NCBI GenBank assembly: GCA_008632985.1
Contig: QPGO01000011.1
Span: 806,001-854,011, forward strand
Direction: 5' to 3'
DNA length: 48,011 nucleotides
Origin: Psammoneis japonica
Lineage: Eukaryota
Made by a program: the position numbers and the translations under genes. The notes under the pieces are model-generated. The model searched no databases. It worked only from the letters and a program-made list of their open reading frames with translations, and was not told the origin of the DNA. Numbering within the stretch: position 1 is the stretch's first letter; each line of letters starts with the position of its first letter. Shown in pieces: positions 1-13,596 of the stretch.

Positions 1-3000
1 AAACGCTTACGAATCAATGACAGATCGGCGTGGATCGAAAGACGTTGATACCGGAGGTACACCCAAGGGTTCCATTGGTGGAAAACTAATGAATTTGGCC
101 GGTAGGGCTATGGTAACGGCGGGGATTGGTTCTTCGGATCCCAACGATGATGAAACAGCCGCCGATGTGAATACGGAAGAGATCACGATACCTGTCGACC
201 AACGAACCAGAAACAGTTTCTTTGACAATTGCAGGCATGATTTCGCGAAAAGAATGAGCGCGAGCATGCGTACAACCAACAATGACGTATTTCAACAACT
301 TCCGTTCGCGCTCATTGCTCTAACTGATACGGCAATGTCGAATGTTTTTCGGTTCGATTCCTGTGGCATGCTGGTATCAAGACATTTATGTTCAATGGCG
401 GACTTGTCGCCGGCGATCCGGTCTTATTCCATGGACACGTTGGTGTTGTTAGTCACCTCTCAAATCGCGAAAGTGAGCAGCATCCCCTCTCGATCGTCAG
501 GCCCTCGCGTAATCGTTGGTAAAGATCCTCCTAGCAGTGGTTTGTGGGTAGTGAAAGAGACAGATGAGTCGCGTCCGGCTGGTAGCGAGATCGAAGGAGC
601 TGAAGCGCGTCCCTCACAACATGAGGATCTTCTTTCACCGCTATGTGATTCCATTTCACAAACGAAACGAGCCGACGTTGCGGAAGCTGGTATATCAGCT
701 CTCCACTCCGTTGTAGAGGGTGTCGGTCATCATTTAGATGGCTTGGCGTGGACTACTGTTATCGATGCAGTTGCGTCCCTCTCGGGCAGCTCACCAAGCA
801 GTCGATCGGCACCAGAATGGTCAACTTGTTGTACGCTTGCGTTTCGCTGCGTGAAATTGATAGTTGACGATTTTCTGAACAATTTGCCCCCTCCATCTGA
901 TTCATCATCCTCCATGGGAGCTCGTGCAGCCCTTCTTGATTGCTGCTCTTCGTTTGGAAGTTCACGGCACGACGTGAACACTTCCTTGACCGCTATTGGA
1001 ATGTTGTGGACAATCGCAGACCAGGATCCGGATCCGAAATCAATCGACGTAAGTGCCAGCAAATCTCGGGACATCGTTTCGCGTACGTCGTTCCGTCATC
1101 TAACGTGTATTCTTTGTTTCGCTATCCTAGCACGCTTTTTCAAGATTGGTTCTTCTTTCTTGCGACAGTCGCCCAGAGGTACGTTATTTTCGTAGTACCT
1201 TACACTCTTGATGCTTGATACTGGTTCTCTTATAGTTCACCTGGCTGCTTGACTTCTCTACAGGTCCGCAACTGCGCTGTGAATACACTCTTTTCTTGTA
1301 TTGTTGGTCGAGGGCAATTCTCTGCAGAACGATGGAAGTCAATATTATCCGAGACAATATTTGGTGTCTTTGATCAGATTCTTTTGCGAGGTGAAGGCGG
1401 AGTTATCGGAACCGACGACGATGCACAACATGAATCTGAGCAAAAATCACGATACAAAGTCTCCGTTCACCACTCCAGGGATTCTGCTGACAAACAGTGG
1501 GCTACAACACAGGTAATGGCTTTGCGAGGTCTGAGTCGAGTAATTCGAAGTTTCTTCCTGCAGCTGCTGGTTACAACGGAAAGCGCGAATACAATCAATA
1601 TCGATGCGAAAGATCCTTGGTTTTGGTTTGCTTGGTTGCGAATCTTAGAGTTTGGTTCTTCATCAACAGCACAAGTAGGAGGTAGAGAAACGCTCGAGGT
1701 ACGCAAAGCTGGTGTCGACTTACTCATACTCTGCAGCCAATTGTCTTGCAAAGGGGGGATCGCGGCAGCGACAACACCTGCTCGTGTGGGGACCAATATG
1801 GAAGTGGTGAATGGTGCGCTTCGAAGTGTGCGGGCTACAAATGCACCTACAACACAAGATCGAGAGAGCCATAGCATACAAACGTCTGAAGTCGTTTTGG
1901 AATGGCGTAGGAAGCTCTTTCAGGCGAGCTTCGAGTCTCTCGAGAGACTTGCAGAGCAGTTAAGAAATGCTGCTGCCCATGCCGATGAAGACGAAAGTTC
2001 CTATATTGAGTCCACTCATTTGCAGGTAATGCACAGTTTCTCCGTAGGACTTGCAAAGCTCTATGACTGTTGCAAGGATGAAGAGCTTCTCCCGAATAGC
2101 TCGCTTGACGTGAACAGAACGGTAGAAGATCGCTTTGTTGCAGTTGTAGCCACGGTTGCAAAAAATGCAGTGGGCGAGGAAGACTCTAATTTTCTAACCC
2201 AGGCGCAGCGATCATCCATCGATTTACTTCGAAGAATGGCTGCTAATTTGTCTTCAGAAGCGTTGAAAGCCCTTGCCAAGATTGCAGGGGACTCCTTTCT
2301 TTGGTAAGTTTGTTTGTCAACCAGACGAGCTTATCCAATATAACCTCATTTTTGCTGATTAATACACAGGGCGTCTGGCGAAGATAGCGAGGACGACGAG
2401 GCCTTAGGCGGAGAACTACTTGGCCGGGAAGCTGCAAGGGTGGTTTCTGGAGAAATCGGTAACGATTCTCTGTCTCATCAATCTAAGTCAGAAGTTCTCA
2501 CTGTCGTCCTTCGGGTAGCGATAGATGACACCACGAATTCTGATGGAAAAAGAAGATGCTACCGCACGCTTGTGCCTATTGTACAGGTAGGATTGAAGTC
2601 GGCCACCATTGTTGAGGACAATAATGACGCAGCTCCTGCTCCAGAAGGTTTGTGGGATGATTTGCTTCAGGTGATTTCAGCGATGCTAGGGTCAGAGCAG
2701 ATTGCTTCTGCTAGTCACGACACGAAGAGCTCAGCCACGTTATGTGAAATCCTAGTAACCATCGGTGCTACTGTTCCCGCAAGATTTGGAGAGGATTTCT
2801 GTGCGCTATTGAGTGCAGGAGCATCGAATGCGTTAGGGCTTCTTGATAGAAACCGGGAAGCTAGTCAGGAATTCGAATCTTTGGAAGTACTGAACATACT
2901 CAAAGCATGCTTGGAAGCAGCGTGCGAACTCTGTCCCCGCAGCACGTACCTCCGAGCGGCTTGCGATCTGGCTTTGCGGGATGCATTGAGACGAATCGAA

Positions 3001-3354
3001 GATACAGAAGCCGCTCCGACGTACGCCGATCTTGGAGTTCGGATAGTGCAAACAGTTTGCGGGGTTCTTCGTCGGAGTGAGAGTTTGGTTATTGACCTAC
3101 TTCCAATATTGTGTCAATTCACAGGGGTGGATCACAACGATTTACGACGAGATGTGGGTGGTCTTTTAGGTCGAACGGATTTGCCTGGAATCCTTGCAAG
3201 AACTGAGGCGAGAGCACGAGCAGCCGAGGAGCGACTGGAGCGTGCAGAAACACAAGTTTCTGACTTACAAACAGAACTAAAACAACTGCAAGATGAGAAT
3301 GAAGCGCTGCAGCGACAAGTTACAGTACTGTCAGCGGCATCGGTACTAACGTAA
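1..3354 (+). CDS. MON2: MON2-like Arf-GEF-related trafficking scaffold (C-terminal part; 5' end lies outside the window); exons <1-1048, 1131-1178, 1264-2303, 2370-3354
   Basis: Three long ORFs join in frame through GT-AG introns (GTAAGT 1049, GTACG 1179, GTAAGT 2304). Splicing rebuilds the Mon2-type motifs 'LAFRCVKLIVDDFL', 'DVNTSLTAIGMLWTIAD', 'DSRPEVRNCA' and 'HHSRDSADKQWATT'. The C-terminus is a coiled coil. Confidence 0.85.
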
Positions 3355-3625
3355 AGGAGCTGGGGCTATGTCGAATAAAAGTCTTGGAAAAAAGATCTAC
3401 CAACTTGGGCATTGTTGTGCTTGCGAGCTCTTTCGAGATGGGATGCACATCATTTCGACTGAAGTTCACAACTCGCACCTTTTCCAAACCACGGAACTCG
3501 ATGAAATTTTGCTGTCAAATGCGATTAGTTCTAAAATTAGGTCAACACTTTACAACCGTTTCGCATCGTGTCTAAGAATTGTAAATGAAAATATGAACGT
3601 CTCCCCTCCCGCTACTAATCCTGAC

Positions 3626-6600
3626 CTAACTATCACAAATTCCTGTGGTGCCATCACAGCACCGCGTACAGCATCCTGGAGGACAGAACATCTTTGGATC
3701 ACCAAACACTCCTTCCTCGTTTATAGTTTCCAAACAGTCCGCATCGACCATGTAGAGGCCAACAGCTTGCGACGTCGTCCGAAGCGCGCAGAGTTCCGTT
3801 GGAACAGACCCGGTCAAATCGTTTCGGTGAACCCAAACCTCTTTCAGGTTGCGCAACACACCTATTTCTGTCGGGATTGTACCAACAAAGTTATTGCTAC
3901 GAACACGGTACTTTTCCATCGACCTCATTTTTGCAATTTCGGTCGGAATCGTTCCAGTGAGCTCGCAATTGTACACATCTAACCTCGTCAGTTTTGCAAG
4001 ATCATAAAACTCGAAAGGAATCGTGCCGTTGAGGGGGTTGAAGTGGAGCCGGAGGTCGCCTGCAGAACAGCAGCAACAAAATTTCTGTGAGTTACCAGCA
4101 CTTCGACACCACTAGAGTATAGAAGGAAACGCGAAGCTCGTTACTGACCCAAGCCCTCGATTTGCCCTATTTCCGAAGGAATTGTCCCCTCCACTTTGTT
4201 TCGATGCAGCCACATCTCCTGCATATTGACGAGTTTTCCTAGCTCCGATGGAAGCGTCCCTTCAATGAAATTTCTACCCAATCGAGTAAATGCTAAAAGA
4301 ATTTAATGTCCACAGAAGCATCGATTAGAAAGGAACAATGCGTCACGAAGAACGAAGAAGCAAAACATTTGCACATACATAAAAATTCAACGTTGCCAAG
4401 CTCGGTCGGAAATGTGCCGGTCATTTGGTTCTCAAATGAGAAGAAACCTTTGAGGCCATTCAGCTTCCCAATCTCTGTTGGAATTGTTCCAGAGAATTGA
4501 TTTGCAGCAATATTGAGCCGTTGCATTGCCCAACGAGAGGTCTTCCACCATTCGACAGGAACCTCTCCCTCGAGCCAATTGTAGTGAACTTCGATATTCA
4601 ACAAATGCTGCATTTCGGCCCACTCTTTCGGTAGTGTTCCATGGAAGTTGTTCCACTGAAGTGCAATTGACTGAAGGTACGTTAGCTCCTTGAACGAAGC
4701 CGGGAGGGTCCCGGATATCTCTTGCCCCCCTACAACAAACAGCAAGAGCGATCACATATGAGACGAGACACGTTCGGAAAGGTCAACTCAAGACATGCTG
4801 CATACTACTTACAGAGTTCAACGGCTCGGACAACTTCCGTCTCGTCACAGAACAAGCCAGCCCAGTCACATTCGTGTTCTTCGCTGAGCCAACGATACCA
4901 CTCCACTTGTTCATACACGATAAAAGGAAAGACCTCTGTCAACAGTTTGTAAAGACACTCTGACTCTTGTCCAACTTCAGGACGGTTGCAAGAGAGCCAC
5001 TCGGTTTCCTGTGTGGTTGATATATAAAAGGTAGCAAGAACGTATCTTTGGATAAGGTTGGGGGAATCTGCTGTGAGCTGCAACGGGTCCTCGTTGATGA
5101 TCCAGTGAGCAGCTTTTGCCTCGGGCGTAGTGGGGTCGGCGAGCTTGTCTTCGCCGACAACAATTTGAAGTTGGTTACGAATGGCAACCTCGGCAACTGA
5201 CGTGGGACTGGGAGTAGGAGTGTAATCCGAACCGTCATCAGATATCATGAACTTTGTTACAAGCGTAACAACAAGGGCCATCAGCAGGACAGCGAGGCAT
5301 CCGTACAACTTGAATCGGCGGCTCTGAAGAATCTTGGGCTTATCGTCCGGATCGCACTCGACGGCGTGAATCGGCGGGATCAATGCGCCTTCCTCGTCTT
5401 CGTTGCCAGATACGAGAACTGCCACGGGAGTATCTCCGGCGCCTTCGCCTTCCATCTGTCCATATGCCACATCTGGCTCGTTCACAATACCCCGATCGGC
5501 AGCGAGAGCAGCGGGATCCTTTTCTATATGGTCGTCAATGTGCGGCAACGCATACTCGGCCTTCTCGTATTCCCACTCGTTGTCGTCAAATTCGCCACGT
5601 TCGATAATCTCACCGTCGTCGCGTTCAAAAACCACACCAGGTTTTTCAGACGGGGGCAGGTGTAGATGACTCTTCTTGTCAGAACCGCTCTGTGCGTTTG
5701 CCATCACTTCACCCTCGAGTTCATTCAAGCCCGTGCGTTCACCCTTCCTCTGGCGACGTGCTTTGCGGGTGTCTGATTTTGCAGCAACATCAGACTCTAG
5801 GTTCTGAAGTTGAGTCGTTTCGGTCCTACTACTAGATCTGCGAGCACGGCTCTTGGCAACAACGTCGGTTTCAAGCTGGGCAAGCTCGTTGCTGGCACGA
5901 GCCGCTCTGCGAGCCCGGTGCTTGGCCTTGGCGTCACTGTCCGAGCTTGCCGCAGAAGCTGCACTCGAGATGCCACTTGTGGATCTCCGAGCGCGGTTCT
6001 TAGCAATCATGTCGCTGTCAAACCTATCGGAACTGGTGGAGTCAAGGTTCATCCGGGAGGAACCTCTGTCGTGCGACGATGGCTCTCGCACAACATCGGG
6101 TGAGATCCTCCTAGGCCTTCGGGCGCGGTTCTTCGCCATGGCATCCGCGTCAGCAGTGGACATGGCTCTGCGGGAACCCCTGTCGTGCGATGACGGTTCC
6201 CGTACGGCTTCGGGAATTACGGGGCGGCGTGCACGTTCCTTTGCCATTGCGTCGCTATCCATAGTGCTCATAGAGGCTGCAGCCATCTCTCTTGTAGAGC
6301 CTCTATTATGAGATGATGGTTCCCGTACAACATCGGGTGTCAAGGAGCCAGCATCAACCTTAGATGACCTGCCAGCACGGTTTTTGGCCGCGGCGTCCAT
6401 CTCTTCCTGAGACATTTTTTGATCAAGACCTCCCGACTCTGATCTCGGAGCTGTCTTGCGTCGTGCACGGTTCTTAGCGAGAGCATCTTGCTCCTCGGTA
6501 GAAAGGCCTCCTGCAGCTGCAGAAGCCGTTATGGGAGCAGTCTTGCGACGAGCGCGTTGCTTGGCGAGAGCATCCTGCTCCTCAACAGTGGACTTTCTCT

Positions 6601-7411
6601 TTTTCTTTGACGTGGTAAGGGCGAGAGCTTCTCCAGCCCTCTTATTCTCAGGCGCTACATTTTCAAAGGCTTCAGAGACAGAGTCGCTCTTGATGCGAGT
6701 TAGCTGAGCTTCGGCTGACCGAAGGAGCAGCGTGTAGTGTTCGCCCGAGGAACAAATCAAGAAACAGATTTGATTAGCCAGTGATTTGATCGTCTCAGCA
6801 TCACGGCTATCACCACTTGAAGTCTCGCGAAAAAGCGCGGTTGCCAACACAGTAAGAACCCTTTCGTAAGAGTCGAAGCTATCGCATTCGTTGACTGGAC
6901 AAGCGAAAAAGAGGGAAATGGTGAGACGCAGTGCTTCCAAAAGAAGGAACGTTGAGGGAGTTCGTACAAAATGACCAAATCATAGCAAGAGTCATTACAA
7001 AACGTCATCATCCATAAATAAAGGGCAAAGATCTTTGATATAATCGTATACAAGTCGGTATATTCAGATTTCAATTACATGGGGATCAACAAGAAAGGCC
7101 TCGGCAACCATGAGGTGCAGCGGCGACGACCGCCATGGCATTAGAACAAACACAAGCAACGCAGCAAAGACAAAAGAAAGTTGCATTTGACCCGAATATG
7201 AAGAATTGGAATCATACGGACAACGCAATCATCATGAGCGACGCTTCGTCTTACCTGCCATGGCCGACACTTGTGGCAGCTGTCTCCGCACGGCAGCGTC
7301 GCGAATGAGATCTTTTGCTTTGCTCATTTCATTATCCCTCTCAGATGTAGCATCGGAAGCGTCCAAGTCGACGGATGCGAGCCGCAATACGGCGGCTTGA
7401 ATGCCCGACAT
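3626..7411 (-). CDS. Single-pass membrane leucine-rich-repeat protein (diatom-type LRR receptor-like); probable exons 7411-7255, 6933-4813, 4729-4379, 4292-4149, 4059-3626
   Basis: Plant-type LRRs (e.g. 'NQFSGTIPTEIGKL'), a TM helix 'LYGCLAVLLMALVVTLV', the N-cap 'PEAKAAHWI...LIQRYVLATFY' and the C-cap 'CPPGCCTRC'. All four introns are phase-compatible GT-AG. The first exon and its 321-nt intron are the least certain part. Confidence 0.85.
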
Positions 7412-7764
7412 GTTGAATGTTGTTCGTGCTAAAAGTGGCTGCCGCCAGCAGAAGTGGATGCGGTGTGCGTTGTTGCGTTCACGAATCATCATCCCAGAGC
7501 GTCCCAACTGATTCCAAAAATCGGTTTTACGTACTCTCTGGTACAAAATGTACATACGACAATTTTGTGGGACAAATCAGACAGTCATTCCTGTATCGGA
7601 AGGGGTTATGGTTGTATCAAATCTACACGTAAAATAGGCAGGAAAGACATTATTAGTCATAAATTTTTATATAGTAACGAAGCATGATGATATGCAATTC
7701 AAAATGGTCATGTTGAATTTGTCACGTGCAACTCATCCCAGAGCGCCCTTGCGCCCAGCAGGTT

Positions 7765-7970
7765 CTCCTCTACTCTCACCGGTAGCTAGCTAGAGCTCTA
7801 CTCTCTATTCTCTCTATACCGGTAGGAGAGAGTAGCTAGAGAGTAGAAGTAGCTAGACTAGCTAGAGGCATCTCTCGAATGATATCTCTAGAGCCAGAGG
7901 CGAGAGTCTAGACGGACTATCCTTGCTGTACATACATGTTGCTCACTACTCTCTCGAACTCTAGTAGATA
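7765..7970. repeat. TAG/CTA/AGAG-rich low-complexity intergenic island
   Basis: Built almost entirely from tagc, ctag, agag, ctct and gtag words (e.g. ggtagctagctagagctctactctct). Confidence 0.75.
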
Positions 7971-8436
7971 TCCTTGAAGGTGCCAATTCAAACAATAGAG
8001 TAGCTGTAAGAGAGACTATGCTACGGTTTCTTTTTCTCTCGAGAGGCTACGTCGAGAGTAGTTGTGACGTAGGGGGTCGCTCGCTCGAAGGTAATGCGAT
8101 CGTTTGGCAGAAAAGTGCTTGGCCCCCACCAACTAGTTGTAACTTTATCTTGACACGAACTCTCAAGTCCTCAGCTACATACTGCGTGAAATTGCAAACT
8201 CTAGTAGCTAGTTGCTTTCCTAAAGTGTGGCCTAAAAGGAGCACTAAAGCCACAGCGAGCAATAAAAACATTCTACATGTAGAGAGAGAATAAATCACAA
8301 TCTCTACTGTTGACTAATGCCTAAATGTTTTGCATACAGCACTTGCTCTCAGCATTACGGCTAGACTAATTGGACCATTGTCCTCATCCCCCGTGCACTC
8401 ATTCAATACACACACACACGCACACATGATTTCCAT

Positions 8437-10234
8437 TTATGGCGCAACCGAAACCAGCATGGGCGTAATGCGTTTCTTCTTTTTCGAAGGCCGCTGCTGC
8501 TCGTCAATGGTGAGCTTGGTGACGGCCGTTTCCACCAAGCACGATTCTTCCGCCACGCGCTTGTGGCTACTAGGATTCGAAACAAGCGTCGGTGTGACAC
8601 GCTTGACCTTTTTGGCGGGTGGAGCCACAAGGGTGGCCGCTTGACCGGGTTCACAGGGAGGAATCAACGTCGTCATGGTGGGACGAGGAGCTGCGACAGT
8701 CGTCGTCGTCGTCGCCATGGTCTCTTGCTTGCTGGCTTGTTCTTCGTCAACAATGGCACTCGTCGCAGCATTTGGATTGACATAGACTTGTCCCAATTCT
8801 CCTTCGGCAAAGGAAAGGATGGAAATGTACCCATCCGTCGACGACACGAGCAAATGGTGTCCATCGGCCGACCACGTGGCATCCGTCAGACTCGAATAAT
8901 GCAATCCACGGGCAATGCACAGGGGAGCCGTGTGGTGCGTGTCATAAATCAAAACGGTATCCAAGGTCAAGACACAAAAGACCGAGCGATAGTCCATGCC
9001 GTTTTCCTTGTTTTCCGAATTGTCGTTGGGGAGTGTAAAGAGAACGGGATTGGGGCGAATGGCGACCGATGGCTGTGAGTAGAAAAAGGAGTAGGAGAAA
9101 GGTTTGGGTTTAGGGAATTTAGACATGCTGAGACAAAGCTATTCACAAGAATCAAATTTCTCAACTCACCTTTTCAAGTCCAAAAAGTACCTTGTAGGGA
9201 ACATCAAACTTGTGACGCGCAAAGAGATAGGTTGCAAACGACGGTTGCGCCTGGTTATCGCCCGTCGTGTTGGCATGCCACAGAGCGGCCGGCGTGACGA
9301 GAAAGTTCCCATCCTGCGTCCACGCGAGGCGTCGAAAGAACGACTCCACCGTGGACTCGTCGGCAAACAAGTATTGCTTCGATGATGTAGTATTGTTGTT
9401 GCTTTCGGCCAAAGACGTATTGGTCGTGGTTGGTACTTGTCGGTACTTGAGTGTTTTGGTTCTCGTCAATTCCAGCTTGTCCGTAAAGGACGGCTTGTTG
9501 TTATTGGTGGTAGACGCAACAATGTTGTTATTGTCTTGCACCAACGCTGCTGCTGTTGCTTTTGACTTTTTCTTTTTTGCCTTTTTGACTTTACGTTGAT
9601 AGATTCGCACCGTCCGATCACTCCCCATGCTGGCCACATACAATCCGTGCGGATCGTACGCAACACCCTGCACATAGGACGCATGATCGCGATTGTTGCG
9701 ATAGGCGCAATTCCAATTTCCAGCAGCGTTCCGTTCGTACACCATGACGGCATGATCAATCGTGCCCACGACGATGGAATTGGAATCGGCGCTCCACTGC
9801 AAATCGCAAATGCCCTGACTGCACGCGGATACAATTTTCAATTGCAAATCATTTTCCTTTTTCAAAACGGCCCACTCTTGCTTGTGAGCGACGCTCCATA
9901 ACAGGATCGATCCGCCGTCACCGGCCGTGGCCAAGTGCAGGCCGTTGGGAGAAAACTTGACGACATTGACCGATAAGTCATGACGGACCAAGGAGAGCGA
10001 GTGCGTAATCAAATCGTTCTTGGAGGGCTGCAGAATGCGCTTGTTTTCAGAGTTGCTGCTAGAAGCAAATCCGTGCAAGTTCCAGAGATGCACTTCGCTC
10101 GTATTGCCGGCCGTGGCGAGAACGTGAGACTTGTCAGACAGTGACAAGAGTGACAGCGAGTACAGTGGAGCGTTCTTGCCATTGTCATTGTCGGCGCCAT
10201 TGTGCCATAGGATTTGCGGCGTTTCAATCTTCAT
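8437..10234 (-). CDS. CHAF1B: Chromatin assembly factor 1 subunit B (p60/Cac2/FAS2), WD40 repeat; exons 10234-9170, 9072-8437
   Basis: Motifs 'ETPQILWH', 'VNVVKFSPNG..LATAGDGG', 'YVQGVAYDP', 'SFFRRLAW..DG.FLVTPA', 'LHYSSLTD..WS.DG..L.VSSTDGY', and C-terminal 'KKRITP' boxes. In-frame GTGAGT...CAG intron at 9169-9073. Confidence 0.92.
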
Positions 10235-11532
10235 GGTGATGCTCGCTGTCGCTGTTTTTGTGTGTCGCGTGTCGCAAAGTTTTTCAGTGTCGAGGCGTTC
10301 GCGCGCCATTGCAGGTTGCGTAGAAAGCTACGTAATTTTGTACTATGTACTTTCTACGAATTGTCCGGTAGTGCAATGCCATGGGAGACCCGGAGGAAAT
10401 GATGTAGTGCTTGCAGCTGTGGGAGGGGACGCCGCACTTGTAGAAATCACGAAGAGACGAATTTTCTTGGATCGAAACGAGAGTTATCTCAGTCGATAGA
10501 GGGTGTTACGGCGGTCTTAAAATGGGGGGGTAACTTTTTCATTTGCCTTGCATTCATCGTTGACGAGATCGATGAAGTGACCGCCATTTTCCCGTGCTTT
10601 GCCGTGTAGATTCTTTGCAGCTTCTGACGTTGGCATCGGCAGAGGCGGTTCGATGGCAGGTTTGGAGATGACTTTGTCACATGAGAATGCAAGGCATGGC
10701 TTGTTTACAGTTTTGCCATGGGGCTTCCAAGGCAGAGGCAAGCCCTTCTTTCTGGCATCAACGCGCGCTCTTTTGCACGCTGTTTGCTTTGGCATCTCGT
10801 CTGTCTCATCCCCGGTCTTGTTGAGCACGAGATTCTTGCATGGCACCCTTGTGTTGTCATCTGATTCATCGACAGCAAGCATTTCCTTCACATTTGTGAC
10901 ACCAAAATCCATTCCAGACTCAAGGATTGTGTGATTCAAGAACACGGCATGAATTGATTCGCGGATTTTCACCACTCCTCGGAATCCAAACAAAAGGTTC
11001 GAACTGCCACCGACAACCTTTGTGTGCAGACACTGTTCCTTGATGGTCTTTGTTGTGTCAACACATTGGGATCACACACAACATCTCGCCCACTTCGTGA
11101 ATGTCGTGCGAGCGCTTGCATGTCCAAACCTTGTCCTCCTCGGTCGCTGCTTGTCCTTGTGTTCGTCAAACGCCATGACTGCTGCTGCAGCACTGTGTTT
11201 CTCCAACCATGTCCAACAACCCATTGCTCTCCACAACATGCCTCTCAGTGGCGCTCTTCCTGTTGATGTGGCTGAAAATGCAGTGTTGGAATGCTCGCTG
11301 CTTGTCGTGAACTTGGAGTCGATCGCTCTCAATGTCTCAGAGTCCAAGAGCCCAAAAATCCTTTTCTCAGAGCTTTCGTCATGATGGCAAGTTGTTTGCT
11401 GACAGACCAGCAAGTCTCTGTGGTCTTTGTTTCCAGCATGCGATGAAACCATTTCTCGTGAAGGTGCCATTTGGATGACGGCATGATGTTCAGACGAGAT
11501 GTGAGGTCATTCGCAGACGTTTCAAAACCCAT

Positions 11533-12935
11533 TTTGGTTTTGCCGTGTAATTTCTCAAAATTCCCCGGGGTTGCCACCTTTCACCCTGTTTTTCCACGGG
11601 AAGGGTGAATTCCTGGGGAATCACCACGAATTGCCATTCGTCACATGTGTGCTCAACACATGAATGAAAAACAATGCATTGGCAATTCCCCGTGCTTCCC
11701 TTCTCGTGCATTTCTGCGCGTTCTACGTGCTGGCATGTGTGGAGCCACACACCAGAGCAGATGCACAACAATCTGGGGGGCATCTTTGGAAGTGAGATCG
11801 ATGAAGGCAGTCTGATCACCAGTGCGTTTGGGGGTTTTCCCAGCAGTGCAATTTGTGCACACAAAAAAACACCCAGGATCTGTCCAGCGATCCCAAATGC
11901 CCCAATCGCGCTGATTGACAGACTGTTTCAGTGCAAATTCTGTGCAACTTTCTTCGACAGTCTCACTTCCGAAGACGTCTCCCAAATCTGAAATCAACCA
12001 TCAACCGACTGCAGCCAAAAATGGGCAACATGCCATGGAGCGTTTGCGCCCCATTTGTGACGGCTCTTGTCAAACAAAAATGACACCAGTCAATCTGGTG
12101 AATGAGGTTGCAATCAACAGTGTAAAACAAAAAATGAATGGAAGTGTGACAGATGATGTTGAGCAGAAAACCAGTGCGCTGATCGTCGCACTTGTTTTTC
12201 TTTCCTGCAGTCACAAATGTGAGCCATGCGGCGTTTGTGGCAAAGTTCAAGGCAAAAGCAGAGCTGTGTGCAGCTGACAAAAATGTGGCGGATTGAATGG
12301 TCATGGTTTTTAATTCAATTGACACATCTCATGTGCAGAATGAAGTGGGTCGTTTGGAATCACTCTGTTGTCATGCAGCCACAAATGCAAACCATGAGGC
12401 ATCCAGAGCGAAGGCCAAGGCAAAAGCAGAGCCTGCAAGGTCAATGAAAATGTGGTGGATGATTGACAATGTTTGTTCTTCCCTTTGACCTGTCTCATGT
12501 GCAGAACGCAGTGTGTCATTTTTTCCTTCTTGTGTCGTGTGGTCACAAATGCAAACCACAATGGCTCTGGAGCAAAGGCTGGGGCAAAAATGGAGCCACA
12601 TGTGAGCAATGTCAATGTGTGTGATTTAATGGCAAAGTTTGTTCTTCCCTTGCTCTGCCATGAGGGGCCGCTTTGTGTCGATTTGTCGATGGATCCGTCA
12701 TGGTCGTGCATCGTTTTTTTCGCACACCGGTCGCCATGAGGACAAAAGCACACCCGCCTGTCTGCAATTGATGCACATTGCCGTGCTCCATTCATTTTTT
12801 GTTCCCCTCCCCTGAGCCCTTTCAGTCATTCCTTCCCACTCAATTGCCCTCATTTCCCAGGAATTCCCCAAAAGGGCAAGGCAATTCCCCCTTGCCCTTG
12901 CCATTTTGGGGAATCCCCAAACGGGCAAAACCAAA
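11533..12935. mobile_element. Nested ~1.4-kb element with degenerate inverted termini
   Basis: Perfect 12-bp IR tttggttttgcc (11533-11544) / ggcaaaaccaaa (12924-12935). A second IR, gaattcctggg (11607-11617) / cccaggaattc (12856-12866), sits at a near-symmetric offset. No TSD seen. Confidence 0.5.
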
Positions 12936-13090
12936 CTGCGCCAAAAATTGTGCTTCGGAGCCCCTCGCTTAATTCGATGATGGCAGACATGACAGCATCA
13001 AATGTGCATCTTTTTGTGTTGATCCTGAGGGTGCGAAAGCGACATGGTGCAAAACAGCATGTTTGTTGGTGTCGGGTGTCGACATTGTTT

Positions 13091-13596
13091 TTAACACTTC
13101 AACCACCAGGGGAGCAAATCTCCGCGGGGTGGAGAATTGCTCTGCTTGAGGATGTGTGGCGTGTCATGCACTTTTATGATGACACAATGAACACAGCAAA
13201 AAAATGTCACATCATGCACAATCTGCGTAAAGTGCGCCACGTGCATTTGCTTGTTGGGAGCAAATCTCCACTGGCGGAGATTTGCTCCCAGGGTGTGGTG
13301 TCATTGCTCTGTTTGTGATGGTGATTCATGACAAACTTCATTGTCAGAGGTTGAGATTCAGTTGCTCTCTGTCCACAGATGAAGCTTGCAAAAAACCCGG
13401 TGTTAAAAGTCGACATTGAACTTTCTAAATTACAAAAAGGGTGCCTCCAGATTTCGGCGAATGCGCGCTCCAGAACAAAATCGCGCGAATGAAGTGTTGT
13501 GTGTGTCTGAAATTACTTCATTTGCCACATTTGTGACGCAAGCGAGCAAATCTCCACCCACGGAGATTTGCTCAAGTCTGGTGGTTGAAGGGTTGA
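13091..13596. mobile_element. piggyBac-like non-autonomous element (MITE) of ~498 bp with three internal GAGCAAATCTCC-n-GGAGATTTGCTC hairpins
   Basis: Ends read TTAA|cacttcaaccaccag ... ctggtggttgaaggg|TTGA, with a perfect 13-bp IR at 13097-13109 / 13578-13590. Hairpins lie at ~13112-13142, 13255-13290 (15-bp perfect stem) and ~13544-13573. Confidence 0.55.

Noticed and set aside
3368..3982. 204-aa plus-strand ORF
   Set aside because: It is largely antisense to the last LRR exon and has no recognisable motif.
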